Origin: Kineococcus radiotolerans SRS30216 = ATCC BAA-149
GTDB lineage: Bacteria; Actinomycetota; Actinomycetes; Actinomycetales; Kineococcaceae
Assembly (NCBI RefSeq): GCF_000017305.1
Contig: NC_009664.2
Coordinates: 1 to 32,000 of the forward strand
Direction of reading: 5' to 3'
DNA: 32,000 nucleotides
Positions 9,418 to 17,939 of the stretch are shown in pieces; position 1 is the stretch's first letter; every line of letters begins with the position of its first letter. Both the position numbers and the translations under genes were made by a program. Below the pieces are notes generated by a model, which ran no database searches, had not been told where the DNA came from, and was given only the letters and a program-made list of their open reading frames with translations.

Positions 9418-9437
9418 CCCAGCCCAGCCCAGCCCAG
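9418..9437. repeat. pentamer tandem repeat (CCCAG)x4
   Basis: Read directly from the sequence, 40 nt upstream of ATG 9477. Confidence 0.9.
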
Positions 9438-9476
9438 CCTCATACGGTGCCGGCAGCGACGAGCGAGGAGACCAGC

Positions 9477-9911
9477 ATGACCGATCCGAAGGACTTCAAT
9501 GAGCGCACCATCGCCGAGTTCCGTGCGAACGGTGGCCAGGTGGGTGGCCCCTTCGCCGGGGCACCGATGGTCCTGCTGCACCACATCGGCCGCAAGAGCG
9601 GCACGGAGTTCATCACCCCGATGATGTACCTGCCCGCCGACGGCGGCGAGGACGCCGTCCACGTCTTCGCTTCCAACGGCGGCGCACCAGGAAACCCGAG
9701 CTGGTACTACAACCTCACCGCCGCAGGCAACGCCCGCCTGGAGCGGGGCACGGAGACCTTCTCGGTCTCCGTGCGGGAGCTGATCGGCGGTGAGCGGGAT
9801 GTGATGTACGCCGAGCAGGCCCGCCGCTTTCCCGGTTTCGCGGGATACGAGGAGCAGACGCGCGGTGTCCGCACCATTCCGGTGCTGGAACTGAGGCGCA
9901 CGACACCCTGA
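9477..9911 (+). CDS. deazaflavin (F420)-dependent nitroreductase family oxidoreductase
   Basis: GAGGAG lies 6 nt before ATG 9477. FNERTIAEFRANGGQVGGPFAGAPMVLLHHIGRKSG...NPSWYYNL...IPVLEL is the classic pattern of this actinobacterial family. Confidence 0.85.
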   Translation: MTDPKDFNERTIAEFRANGGQVGGPFAGAPMVLLHHIGRKSGTEFITPMMYLPADGGEDAVHVFASNGGAPGNPSWYYNLTAAGNARLERGTETFSVSVRELIGGERDVMYAEQARRFPGFAGYEEQTRGVRTIPVLELRRTTP

Positions 9912-9930
9912 GGAGGAGGCGTCCTGGGCG

Positions 9931-9980
9931 CTGCAGGGCGCCGCCGGGGGCTGCCGGGGGCTGCCGGGGGCTGCAGGGCT
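9931..9980. repeat. 10-bp tandem repeat x5 (CTGCCGGGGG and variants)
   Basis: Takes up most of the 68-bp gap between convergent stops 9911 and 9980. Confidence 0.9.
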
Positions 9981-10615
9981 CAGCGGGTGGCGCGCTCGGC
10001 GATCTGCGCCCGCAGGCCGGCCACCACCGTCTCGAGGCCGAAGTCCCAAGACATCGAGGGATCCTCGATGCCGCGCAAGGTGTGGAACTGCGGGAAGTCC
10101 GTGGCCGGGAGCGCCTCGATGTCCGTCTCCGGTGACGGGCCCTGCGCTTCCTGGCTGCGCTCGAGCCCGGCGGTGAGCGCGGTGTGGACGGCGATCTTCA
10201 CCGCCCCGTAGGCGTCCTGCGCCTCCAGACCCGCCTCGCGGAAGGCGGCCAGGGCGACCTCGAAGGACGCGGCGGCGCGCGGGCCCTGCACGGGCCGGCG
10301 CATCAGGATCGCGAAGGCACCGGGGTGTCGCAGGGCCAGCCCACCCATCGCGGTGTGGAAGCGGCGTACCCACGCCTCCCAGCCCAGCGGCTCCAAGGGC
10401 AGGTCCGCCTCCTCGAACAAGACCTCCACGATCCCGTCGCTCACCGCCTCACGGGTGTTCACGTGGTTGTACAGCGAGGTCACGTGCACACCGAGGGCGG
10501 CGGCGATCCGCCGCATGGTGACCGCTTCCAAGCCCTCGTGGTCGGCCATGGCCACCGCCGCCGCGAGGATCCGTCCTCGCGTCAGTGGTGTCACCGGGTG
10601 ATCGTAGAGGCTCAC
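9980..10615 (-). CDS. TetR family transcriptional regulator
   Basis: HTH TRGRILAAAVAMADHEGLEAVTMRRIAAALGVHVTSLYNHVNTREAV. GTG start; an alternative GTG lies at 10594. Confidence 0.85.
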   Translation of the reverse strand: MSLYDHPVTPLTRGRILAAAVAMADHEGLEAVTMRRIAAALGVHVTSLYNHVNTREAVSDGIVEVLFEEADLPLEPLGWEAWVRRFHTAMGGLALRHPGAFAILMRRPVQGPRAAASFEVALAAFREAGLEAQDAYGAVKIAVHTALTAGLERSQEAQGPSPETDIEALPATDFPQFHTLRGIEDPSMSWDFGLETVVAGLRAQIAERATR

Positions 10616-10717
10616 CGCTCGTGCAGCAGGACGGGCCGGTCGTGGAGGCAGGCGCGGATGCGGGCGTGGGCGTAGGTGTCCTGATGGTGCGCTGCGACGT
10701 CACAGGCCGCGGAGCGC

Positions 10718-11656
10718 TCAGCCTAGGTCAGCGCGGCTCACCTCCCGGCTCACCTCCTGGCCCACCGGCCGCCCCTGCACTCTGACTCCATGCCGGCTCA
10801 CCGGCTGCTCTTCCTGCCGGCCCACCTCCACGACGGCCCGGCCCTCGCTCGCGCCGACCAGCTCCGCCAGCCGGGCCTCGTCGGCCGAACCCGGCGCCGC
10901 GGTCAGCATCACGGCCGCCAGGTCGTCCCCGGGGATGGCGATGAGGTTGCCCACCAGCGTGACGGAGTCGCCGTCGGACTGGGTGAACGTCGCGCTGCTC
11001 TCGTAAGCCGCCACCGGCCGCGGCGCGCGCCACAACGCGTCGAAGCGCCGGCTGGTGCTGCGCAGGTCGTCCACCATCGCGGCCAGGGCGGTGTCGGCGG
11101 GGTAGCGCAGCAGGGAGTTTCTCAGCTGGGTCACCAGGACCGCCTCGTGATCGTCCGCGTCGGCCTCGGACTGCTTGAAGGCCTCGAACGGGTCACGGAA
11201 GGCACGCCAGGCCACGTTCCACTGCCAGCGGTCCCCAGTGAGGTTCCAGTGCTCCAGGGCCAGGAAGGCGCTGTTGACCGCGACGACGTTCATCGCCGCG
11301 TCGGAGACGACCATCGGGGTGTCGGCGAAGCGCTCCAGCAGCCGCGTCGCGCCCGGGCCCAGATCGGTGGGCACCTGTCCCTCGGCGGCGGCGTAGCCGG
11401 CCAGCGCGCACAGCCGCTCGTAGTCCGCGCGCCCGGCCCGCAGCGCGCGGGCGATGGCGTTGACCACCCCGGCGGAGGGGTGACTGCGGCCCTGCTCCAA
11501 GCGGCGGACGTAGTCGGCGGACATCCCCGCCAGCTCGCCGAGCTCCTCGCGCCGCAGCCCGCGCACCCGCCGGCCGCCCGGCGCCAGCCCCACCGCGGCA
11601 GGGGCCGTGTTCTCGCGCAGGTGGCGCACCGCGGCGCCGAACTCAAGATGTTGCAC
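10718..11656 (-). CDS. XRE-type HTH regulator with MmyB-like ligand-binding domain
   Basis: Trimmed to GTG 11656 (VQHLEFGAAVRHLR...). HTH LRREELGELAGMSADYVRRLEQGRSHPSAGVVNAIARAL, followed by a long C-terminal domain typical of MmyB-like regulators. Confidence 0.8.
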   Translation of the reverse strand: MQHLEFGAAVRHLRENTAPAAVGLAPGGRRVRGLRREELGELAGMSADYVRRLEQGRSHPSAGVVNAIARALRAGRADYERLCALAGYAAAEGQVPTDLGPGATRLLERFADTPMVVSDAAMNVVAVNSAFLALEHWNLTGDRWQWNVAWRAFRDPFEAFKQSEADADDHEAVLVTQLRNSLLRYPADTALAAMVDDLRSTSRRFDALWRAPRPVAAYESSATFTQSDGDSVTLVGNLIAIPGDDLAAVMLTAAPGSADEARLAELVGASEGRAVVEVGRQEEQPVSRHGVRVQGRPVGQEVSREVSRADLG

Positions 11657-11773
11657 GGCGCGAGTGTGGCAGAAAATCGACCGACAGTGTAGGTCTCCTC
11701 TGAGCCGACGGTGCAAGTCATCGCTGCCGACCGTCGCGCGCGGCGCACTGCGCCCTACTCACACCCGCTGAAC

Positions 11774-11856
11774 CCGAGCGGGCCTCACCGGCGGGACCGA
11801 GCGGGCCTCACCGGCGGGACCGAGTGGTCCTCACCGGCGGGACCGAGCGGGCTTCA
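11774..11856. repeat. 23-bp tandem repeat x3.6
   Basis: Units CCGAGCGGGCCTCACCGGCGGGA, in the divergent spacer between the MmyB-like gene and the MDR gene. Confidence 0.9.
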
Positions 11857-11961
11857 AAGTGGGCCAGCTCGGCCCAGGATGAGCGCGCCGCAGCCTGCCA
11901 CCTTGGGTCACGTCCCCACGACGAGCACGACGACAGCACACCCACGAGAGCAGGTTCGGTC

Positions 11962-12957
11962 ATGAAGGCGGTGCGCTTCCACGACTTCGGTGGTCCCGAG
12001 GTCCTGCGCCACGAGGACGTCGAGCCGCCCGTCCCCGGCGTGGGGCAGGTGCGGATCCGCGTCGCCGCCACGTCCTTCAACGGCCTCGACGTCACCCTGC
12101 GGGCCGGCGACCTGCGCGACAGGTCACCGCTCCGGCTGCCGCACACCCCCGGTCTCGACGTCGCCGGTACCGTCGACGCCCTCGGTCCCGGCGTGGACGA
12201 GATCAGCATCGGCGACCGGGTGGTCGGCCTCCTGCCGATGACGGCGCCCGGGGCGGCAGCGCAGCACGTGCTCGCCCCGGCGCAGGTCCTGGCGGGGGTG
12301 CCCCGCAGGCTTCCGCTGACGGATCTGGCGGCTCTGCCGCTGGTGGGCCTGACCGCCTGGCAAGCACTGTTCGACCACGGCGGCCTCATGGCCGGGCAGC
12401 GAGTGCTGATCAACGGGGTCGGCGGAGCGGTCGGCGGGTACGCCGTGCAGTTGGCCGTGGAGACCGGTGCACAGGTGCTCGTCACGGCCCGCCCCAGCAG
12501 CACCGTCCGGGTCAAGGCCGCGGGCAGCGACGAGGGCACCGTCCACACGCTGGACCACGCGCTGGACCACGCGCTGGACCACACGCTGGACCCCGCGCTC
12601 GTCGACGTCGCACACGCGGTGGTCGAACCCGTCGACCTCGTCCTGAACCTCGCGCCGACCGGTGCGAAACAGCTGGCCGCGATGGTTCCGCTGATCCGCG
12701 ACGGCGGCAGGCTCGTGAGCACCACCGCGTGGATACCCACCCCCTGCGACGAGGAGCGGGGTGTGCAGGGCGTGAACCTGTCCGTACGCAGCGACGCCGA
12801 CCAGCTCGCCGACCTCGTCGCCCGCGTGAGCACCGGCGAGCTACTCGTCAACGTCGCTGAGCGGGTGGCGCTGGCCGACCTACCCGCCCTGCACGCCCGG
12901 GCCCACGCCGGCGAGCTGCCGCCGGGCAAGGTCGTCGTCCTCATCCCCCCGGCCTAG
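11962..12957 (+). CDS. MDR-superfamily NADPH:quinone oxidoreductase-like protein (paralog of 8183..9115)
   Basis: Trimmed to ATG 11962 (MKAVRFHDFGGPEVL...). PGLDVAGTVDALG and INGVGGAVGGYA. Collinear with the 8183 gene apart from a repeat-encoded insert. Confidence 0.85.
   Translation: MKAVRFHDFGGPEVLRHEDVEPPVPGVGQVRIRVAATSFNGLDVTLRAGDLRDRSPLRLPHTPGLDVAGTVDALGPGVDEISIGDRVVGLLPMTAPGAAAQHVLAPAQVLAGVPRRLPLTDLAALPLVGLTAWQALFDHGGLMAGQRVLINGVGGAVGGYAVQLAVETGAQVLVTARPSSTVRVKAAGSDEGTVHTLDHALDHALDHTLDPALVDVAHAVVEPVDLVLNLAPTGAKQLAAMVPLIRDGGRLVSTTAWIPTPCDEERGVQGVNLSVRSDADQLADLVARVSTGELLVNVAERVALADLPALHARAHAGELPPGKVVVLIPPA
12544..12591 (+). repeat. in-frame 12-bp tandem repeat x4 encoding (H-A/T-L-D)4
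   Basis: CAC(A/G)CGCTGGAC x4, in frame with the CDS. The paralog lacks this insert. Confidence 0.9.
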
Positions 12958-12967
12958 CACCCACCAT

Positions 12968-13018
12968 TCCACCCCACCCACCGCTCCACCCCACCCACCA
13001 CTCCACCCCACCCACCGC
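12968..13018. repeat. 17-bp tandem repeat x3
   Basis: TCCACCCCACCCACC(G/A)C x3, between stop 12957 and ATG 13036. Confidence 0.9.
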
Positions 13019-13035
13019 TTCACCCAGGAGGACCC

Positions 13036-13986
13036 ATGTCCAACCAGCAGCTCATCACTGTCATCGGTGCCACCGGGACCCAGGGCGGCGCGGTTGCGCG
13101 TGCCCTGCAGGCCGATGGCACCTTCGCCGTCCGCGCCGTCACCCGTGATGCCACCTCCGCCCGAGCGCAGGCCCTCGCCGACCTCGGCATCGAGGTGGTC
13201 GAGGCGGAGCTCAGCGACGAGGACAGTCTGCGGAAGGCGTTCGACGGCGCGCACGGCGCGTTCCTGGTCACCCCGTTCTGGGAACACCGCTCCCCTGAAC
13301 GGGAACTGACCGAGGTGCGTACCCTCATCGCCGCCGCCCGCGGCGCCCAGCTGCAGCGCGTGGTGTGGTCCACGCTGGAGGACACCCGCCAGGCCATCGC
13401 CGCCGACGACCAGCGCATGCCCGTCATCCGCGACGGCCGCGGCGAGGAGTACCGGGTGCCGCACTTCGACGTCAAGGGCGGTGAGGCCGACGCGCTCTTC
13501 GCCGCCTCCGGGCTACCGGTGACCTACCTGCTGATGTCCTTCTACTGGGACCAGCTGCTCGGCGACCTTGCCCCCCAGCGCGACGAGGACGGAACCCTCG
13601 CGCTGCACCTGCCCGTGGGGGACGCCCCCGTGGCCGGCATCGCCTCCGACGACATCGGCCGCGTCGTGCTGCGGGTGCTGCAGGACCCCTCCACCATCGG
13701 CGCCACCGTCCCCGCCGTCAGCGATGTCCTCACCGGCGAGCAGATGGCCGCCGCGTTCAGCGCGGTGCTCGGCGAGCAGGTGGCCTACCGACCGCTGACC
13801 CCGGCGCAGTTCCGCGCTTTCCCCGTCCCCGGCGCCGAGGAACTGGGGAACATGTTCCAGTACTACGCCGAGTTCCCTGAGTCCTACAACGGGCGCCGCG
13901 ACCTGGCCACCGCGCACGCGCTCAACCCCGAACACCTGAACTTGACCGGTTTCCTCACCGCCCACCGGGCCCGACTCACCCGCTGA
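13036..13986 (+). CDS. NmrA-family NAD(P)-binding protein
   Basis: AGGAGG lies 4 nt before the ATG. ITVIGATGTQGGAVARAL Rossmann motif and NmrA-like layout. 316 aa. Confidence 0.85.
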   Translation: MSNQQLITVIGATGTQGGAVARALQADGTFAVRAVTRDATSARAQALADLGIEVVEAELSDEDSLRKAFDGAHGAFLVTPFWEHRSPERELTEVRTLIAAARGAQLQRVVWSTLEDTRQAIAADDQRMPVIRDGRGEEYRVPHFDVKGGEADALFAASGLPVTYLLMSFYWDQLLGDLAPQRDEDGTLALHLPVGDAPVAGIASDDIGRVVLRVLQDPSTIGATVPAVSDVLTGEQMAAAFSAVLGEQVAYRPLTPAQFRAFPVPGAEELGNMFQYYAEFPESYNGRRDLATAHALNPEHLNLTGFLTAHRARLTR

Positions 13987-14009
13987 GAGCTGCACGCGTC
14001 GACCGGCAA

Positions 14010-14056
14010 CCTGAGTCAGCCGCCTGAGTCAGCCGCCTGAGTCAGCCGCCTGAGCC
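14010..14056. repeat. 13-bp tandem repeat x3.6 (CCTGAGTCAGCCG)
   Basis: Each unit contains the near-palindrome TGAGTCA. Located 24 nt after stop 13986. Confidence 0.9.
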
Positions 14057-14145
14057 CCAGCTTGACCGTCCCGGCCCCGGCCGTCCCGACCTCGACGCAA
14101 CCGTCTCGCCCCTCACCCTGCCCGTCTCGACTTCAGGAGCTCCGG

Positions 14146-15516
14146 ATGTCCACGATGCTCGACCACGACGCGTCCGCGTCGCCGCGCCTGCTCGTCGCGG
14201 CCGACTCGCAGGCTTACACCGCCGCGACGCAGCCCCACAACTCCTCCGTGCAGCAGCGGCCCGTTCGCGTTGCCGCCGCCTCCCACCCGCAGGACCTCGC
14301 GGTCGCGCTGGCCGAGGTCGCCGCGCTCGAGCGCTCCCTCGGCAGGTCCCTCGAGGTCGTGCCGCAGGCCACCGGTCACGGCGCCGGAGCGCCGGTGGGG
14401 AACTCGGCGGTGCTCCTGGACACCTCCCAGCTCACCGACGTCGTCATCGACCCTGAGGCCCGCATCGCCGTGGTCGGCGCCGGGGCGACCTGGGCCGCGG
14501 TCAACGCCGCCGCTGAGCGGCACGGCCTGCTCGGGCTCGCCGGCTCCGCACCCACCGTCTCGGTGTCCGGGTACACCTTCGGCGGCGGCATCGGCTGGCT
14601 AGTCCGGCGCGATGGCCTGGCCAGCGGAGCGCTGCGCGCCGTCCACTACGTCGACGGCGCAGGCCGCTCCCGCACCGCGGCCGACGATGCCACCGACCCC
14701 ATCGACCGCGACGCCATCTGGGCCTTCCGCGGCGCCGGCGGGGTCGGTATCGCCCACACCCTGGAAATCGACCTCGTGCCAGCAGCGCACCTGCACGCCG
14801 GGGCCCTGCTGTGGCACGCCGACGCGCTGCCCGACCTCGTCTCGGCGTGGTCGCACGCCCTCCCAACGCTGGCCACCAGCGCCTCGTCCAGCATCGGCGT
14901 GCTCCACGTGCCACCGCTGCCCCTCTTCCCCCAGACACTGCACGGGAAGGTCACCGTGCACCTGGCCATCGCCGACCCCGACGGCCCCGATGCGGCGGCC
15001 CCGCTGCTGGAGGCGATGCGGGCGGTGGCACCGCCCGTGCTCGACACCTGGGGCCCGACCGACGCGGCAGGACTCGCACGCATCCACCTCGACCCCCCGA
15101 CGGCGACTCCTGCCGTCGGCGACGCGCGGTGGCTGGACGCCTCGACCCCTGACATCGCCGCGGCACTGCTGGCCACCGCCGCCGATGATGACGCGGGCGT
15201 GGTGATGATGGAGATCCGCCACGTAGCCGGCGCCCCGACGCGGCGCCCGGGTGCGGTCACCACAGCGCCGGGCGACTTCATCTACCACGCGGTCGCACCG
15301 CTGAACCTCATCCCCCGCGAGCGCATCGAGGCAGCGTTCGCCCGAGCACGCGCGGTGTGGTCGAGCGCCGACGCCGGCACGACACCGGGCTCGTGGCTCG
15401 AGGGCGCAGCGAACGTGCCGGATGCGCTGACGCCGGGTGTCCGGACGCGGGCGGCCGCAGCCGCTGCCGCCGTCGACCCCGACACCCGCATCCGCCGCTC
15501 ACGCCTGCTCGGCTGA
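14146..15516 (+). CDS. FAD-binding (PCMH-type, FAD_binding_4) oxidoreductase
   Basis: Trimmed to ATG 14146, with AGGAG 6 nt upstream. VVPQATGHGAG and GAGATWAAVNAAAERHGL...GSAPTVSVSGYTFGGGIGWL are typical of FAD-linked oxidases. Confidence 0.8.
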   Translation: MSTMLDHDASASPRLLVAADSQAYTAATQPHNSSVQQRPVRVAAASHPQDLAVALAEVAALERSLGRSLEVVPQATGHGAGAPVGNSAVLLDTSQLTDVVIDPEARIAVVGAGATWAAVNAAAERHGLLGLAGSAPTVSVSGYTFGGGIGWLVRRDGLASGALRAVHYVDGAGRSRTAADDATDPIDRDAIWAFRGAGGVGIAHTLEIDLVPAAHLHAGALLWHADALPDLVSAWSHALPTLATSASSSIGVLHVPPLPLFPQTLHGKVTVHLAIADPDGPDAAAPLLEAMRAVAPPVLDTWGPTDAAGLARIHLDPPTATPAVGDARWLDASTPDIAAALLATAADDDAGVVMMEIRHVAGAPTRRPGAVTTAPGDFIYHAVAPLNLIPRERIEAAFARARAVWSSADAGTTPGSWLEGAANVPDALTPGVRTRAAAAAAAVDPDTRIRRSRLLG

Positions 15517-15582
15517 CGCCTTCTCGAGAGCACCCCGACGAACAACCGGGGCGGGGAGCCGTTGTGCCCAGCGGTCTCCGAC

Positions 15583-15632
15583 CCGGCACCACCGGCCGGC
15601 ACCATCGGCCGGCACCATCGGCCGGCATCGCC
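15583..15632. repeat. 13-bp tandem repeat x3.8 (CCGGCACCATCGG)
   Basis: Lies in the 300-bp gap between convergent stops 15516 and 15819. Confidence 0.9.
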
Positions 15633-15818
15633 ACAGCGCGACGCCGACGCAGTAGCACCCCCAGGAAGATTCACCGCGTTCACGCCTGGTGATCTGCAGG
15701 GCAGCCTCGTGCTCCACCCGTTCACACCTGCAGGGGGCAGGGCGGCGTCGGTGAGCGCGGGAGCACCTGTGCCCTCGCTGCTGCGCGTCGTCGATGATGC
15801 CCGCGGTGTGCGGAGGGA

Positions 15819-16829
15819 TTACTTGCTCTGGATGCCGAAGGCGCCGGAGCTGGCGGCGGCCTGCTGCTGCAGGTCCTGCCAGGCGGTGGCATCGCCGCTG
15901 AGGACGTCGAGGAGGTAGGCGGCGACGGCGTCGGCGACGAGGGCGACGCGGGCGGGGTCCTCGTCGCTGGTTTCCTTCACGGCTTCACCGGCGAGGCCGC
16001 CGAGGGTGTGCTCGCCGTCGGTGATGGTCAGCAGCCGCTTGGGGGCGGGGCTGAAGGTGTAGGCGTCGCTGAACCAGTCCGGCCCGCGGGTGGACATCGC
16101 CGACTGGTCCTTGCCGCCGGCGATGACCAGAGCCGGGGTGGCCATGGTGGAGTAGCCCGGACGCATGAACGGCAGGTGCTCGAGCGCGAACGGGGTGAGG
16201 GTGTCACCGGTCCCGGTGGTGGCGATGAGGACGCCCGCCTTCACCGAGGGGTGGGTGAAGTCCTCACCCGGGGTGCCGTCGGCGTCCAGGACCCGAGCCC
16301 CGAGCAGCGCGCCGGCGCTCTGCCCGCCCCAGGAGTGCCCCACGACGGCGATCCGGCCCGCGTCGACGCGCTCGGGCAGGCCGGGGACCTGGTCGACGAT
16401 GTCGTCGAGGTGGTCCAGGACGGCGTGCAGGTCAGCGATGCGGACCCGCCAGATGGTGGCGAAGCGGGGGTCGTCGAAGCCGATGCGGCGGCGGCGGGAG
16501 TCCAGGTGGGTGGGCTGGATGACGACGAAGCCGGCGGCAGCCCACCGGTCCACGAGGGGTTCGTAGCCGTCCATGGACCAGGCGTTGCCGTGGGAGAAGA
16601 CGATGACGGGCAGGTTCGCCCCCTCGAGCGGGGCGGTGACCTTCACCTGCAGGTCGAGACCACGCTCGATGTCACCCTCGATGCCGCCGCTGACGTTGCG
16701 AGCAGGGCTGGAACCGGTGCTGGGATCGATGGCCGGATCGGTGGCGGGACTGGTGGTGGGGACGGTGATGGGTTTGACCGCGATCAGCCGGCGGTTCAGG
16801 GCCTGAGGTACGGAAGCAAGGAGAGGCAC
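15819..16829 (-). CDS. alpha/beta hydrolase (chlorophyllase / PAF-acetylhydrolase / dienelactone-hydrolase-like)
   Basis: Trimmed to GTG 16829, with AAGGA 6 nt upstream. VIVFSHGNAW and a VVGHSWGGQSA nucleophile elbow. Confidence 0.8.
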   Translation of the reverse strand: MPLLASVPQALNRRLIAVKPITVPTTSPATDPAIDPSTGSSPARNVSGGIEGDIERGLDLQVKVTAPLEGANLPVIVFSHGNAWSMDGYEPLVDRWAAAGFVVIQPTHLDSRRRRIGFDDPRFATIWRVRIADLHAVLDHLDDIVDQVPGLPERVDAGRIAVVGHSWGGQSAGALLGARVLDADGTPGEDFTHPSVKAGVLIATTGTGDTLTPFALEHLPFMRPGYSTMATPALVIAGGKDQSAMSTRGPDWFSDAYTFSPAPKRLLTITDGEHTLGGLAGEAVKETSDEDPARVALVADAVAAYLLDVLSGDATAWQDLQQQAAASSGAFGIQSK

Positions 16830-16875
16830 GGGACGTCCTTCGAGGCGGGGGGCTCTGCCACACTGGCGGAGCGTC

Positions 16876-16911
16876 GTTCCGCTAACGTTAGCGGAACATT
16901 GTTCCGCGAAC
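16876..16911. promoter_or_regulatory. candidate TetR operator
   Basis: Perfect 22-bp palindrome GTTCCGCTAACGTTAGCGGAAC (16876-16897), then ATT, then a further GTTCCGCGAAC. It lies in the 92-bp divergent spacer between the hydrolase and TetR genes. Confidence 0.55.
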
Positions 16912-16921
16912 AAGGGAGGCT

Positions 16922-17515
16922 GTGGTGACCCCCACGACCGGAGTCCGCCAGGCCGGCAGGCAACGCAGCCGCGAGGCCCTGCTGAGCGCCGCCGCGGCGG
17001 CGTTCGTCGAGGCCGGTGTGCAGGCCCCGGTGCGGACGATCGCCGAACGCGCCGGGGTGGGAGTGGGCACGGTCTACCGCCACTTCCCGACCCGCGCAGA
17101 CCTGGTCAGCGCCGTCTACCGCCACCAGGTCACCGAGTGCACGGCCCTGGCCGAGGCGCTGCGCGAGCAGCCCATCCCCGCTTTCGAGGCGTTGCAGCGG
17201 TGGATGGCGGCCTACGTGGACTTCCTCATCACCAAGCACGGCCTCAGCGAGGCCCTGCGGTCAGAAGACCCCAGCCTGGCCAACCTGCACGCCCTGATCC
17301 TCGACGAACTCGTACCCGCCTGCGCCTGCCTGCTCGCCGCCAGCCAGGAAACCGGTGAGGTCGACCCGCAGATCGAAGCGCTCACGCTGCTGCGCGCGGT
17401 GGGGAACCTGTCCATCCCCGGACCGGGCTACGGCCAAGACGAAGCCCGGCAGATGGTCACCCGCCTCCTCACCGGATGCCGCACCCACTCCGCTGACTCC
17501 CCCAGCCAGGGATGA
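16922..17515 (+). CDS. TetR/AcrR family transcriptional regulator
   Basis: GGGAGG at 16914-16919. GTG at 16922 or 16925. HTH SREALLSAAAAAFVEAGVQAPVRTIAERAGVGVGTVYRHFPTRADLVSAV. Confidence 0.85.
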   Translation: MVTPTTGVRQAGRQRSREALLSAAAAAFVEAGVQAPVRTIAERAGVGVGTVYRHFPTRADLVSAVYRHQVTECTALAEALREQPIPAFEALQRWMAAYVDFLITKHGLSEALRSEDPSLANLHALILDELVPACACLLAASQETGEVDPQIEALTLLRAVGNLSIPGPGYGQDEARQMVTRLLTGCRTHSADSPSQG

Positions 17516-17612
17516 ACCACCCAGCCTCAGCCGGTCGACGAGCTAGGCGATCTGAGGAGCCAATGTTCTAGGGCGCGTCCTGCGGATCTTGCAGCTGCGC
17601 CATCATGGCCTC

Positions 17613-17648
17613 GTGGGCGCAGTGGGCGCAGTAGGCGCAGTGGGCGTG
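17613..17648. repeat. 9-bp tandem repeat x4 (GTGGGCGCA)
   Basis: Read directly from the sequence, about 100 nt after the TetR stop. Confidence 0.9.
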
Positions 17649-17693
17649 ACGAGGTCACCGCTGCCCCGCAAGCGGGAGGTACCCCAGGCATGA

Positions 17694-17939
17694 ACGCAGA
17701 TCAAGGCGCTGCTACCACCGATGGTGCAACGCGGTGGGCGCTGGCGAAATCACCGCCAAGTCCTCAACGCCATCTTGTGGAAGCTACGGGCCGCAGCGCC
17801 GTGGCCAGACCTGCCGCAACGCTACGGACCGTGGAAGACAGCCCATGAGCGGCTGCGGAAGCGGACCGTGGACCGCGGACCGCGGACCGCGGACCGACAT
17901 GGGAGCAGATCCTGACCGAGATCGTCGTCAAGAACGATT
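17694..17939 (+). mobile_element. IS5-family (DUF4096-type N-terminal region) transposase remnant
   Basis: The translation ...LLPPMVQRGGRWRNHRQVLNAILWKLRAAAPWPDLPQRYGPWKTAHERLRKR... matches the GRPR..R..L.GI...LRTG..WRDLP..YGPW.T...RF.RW motif. It is N-terminally truncated by an in-frame TGA at 17691 and frame-broken by a 7-bp repeat. TWEQILTEIVV continues in another frame. No DDE domain and no recognisable terminal repeats. Confidence 0.6.
17863..17897. repeat. heptamer tandem repeat (GGACCGY)x5
   Basis: Lies inside the transposase remnant. The unit is not divisible by 3 and coincides with the frame break. Confidence 0.9.

Noticed and set aside
8291-12944. Long minus-strand ORFs 8291..9160, 8368..9102, 9099..10373 and 11808..12944.
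   Set aside because: They are antisense to, or span, well-supported plus-strand genes. 9099..10373 crosses repeat-filled spacers and runs out of frame through the minus-strand TetR gene at 9980..10615. These are typical high-GC shadow ORFs.
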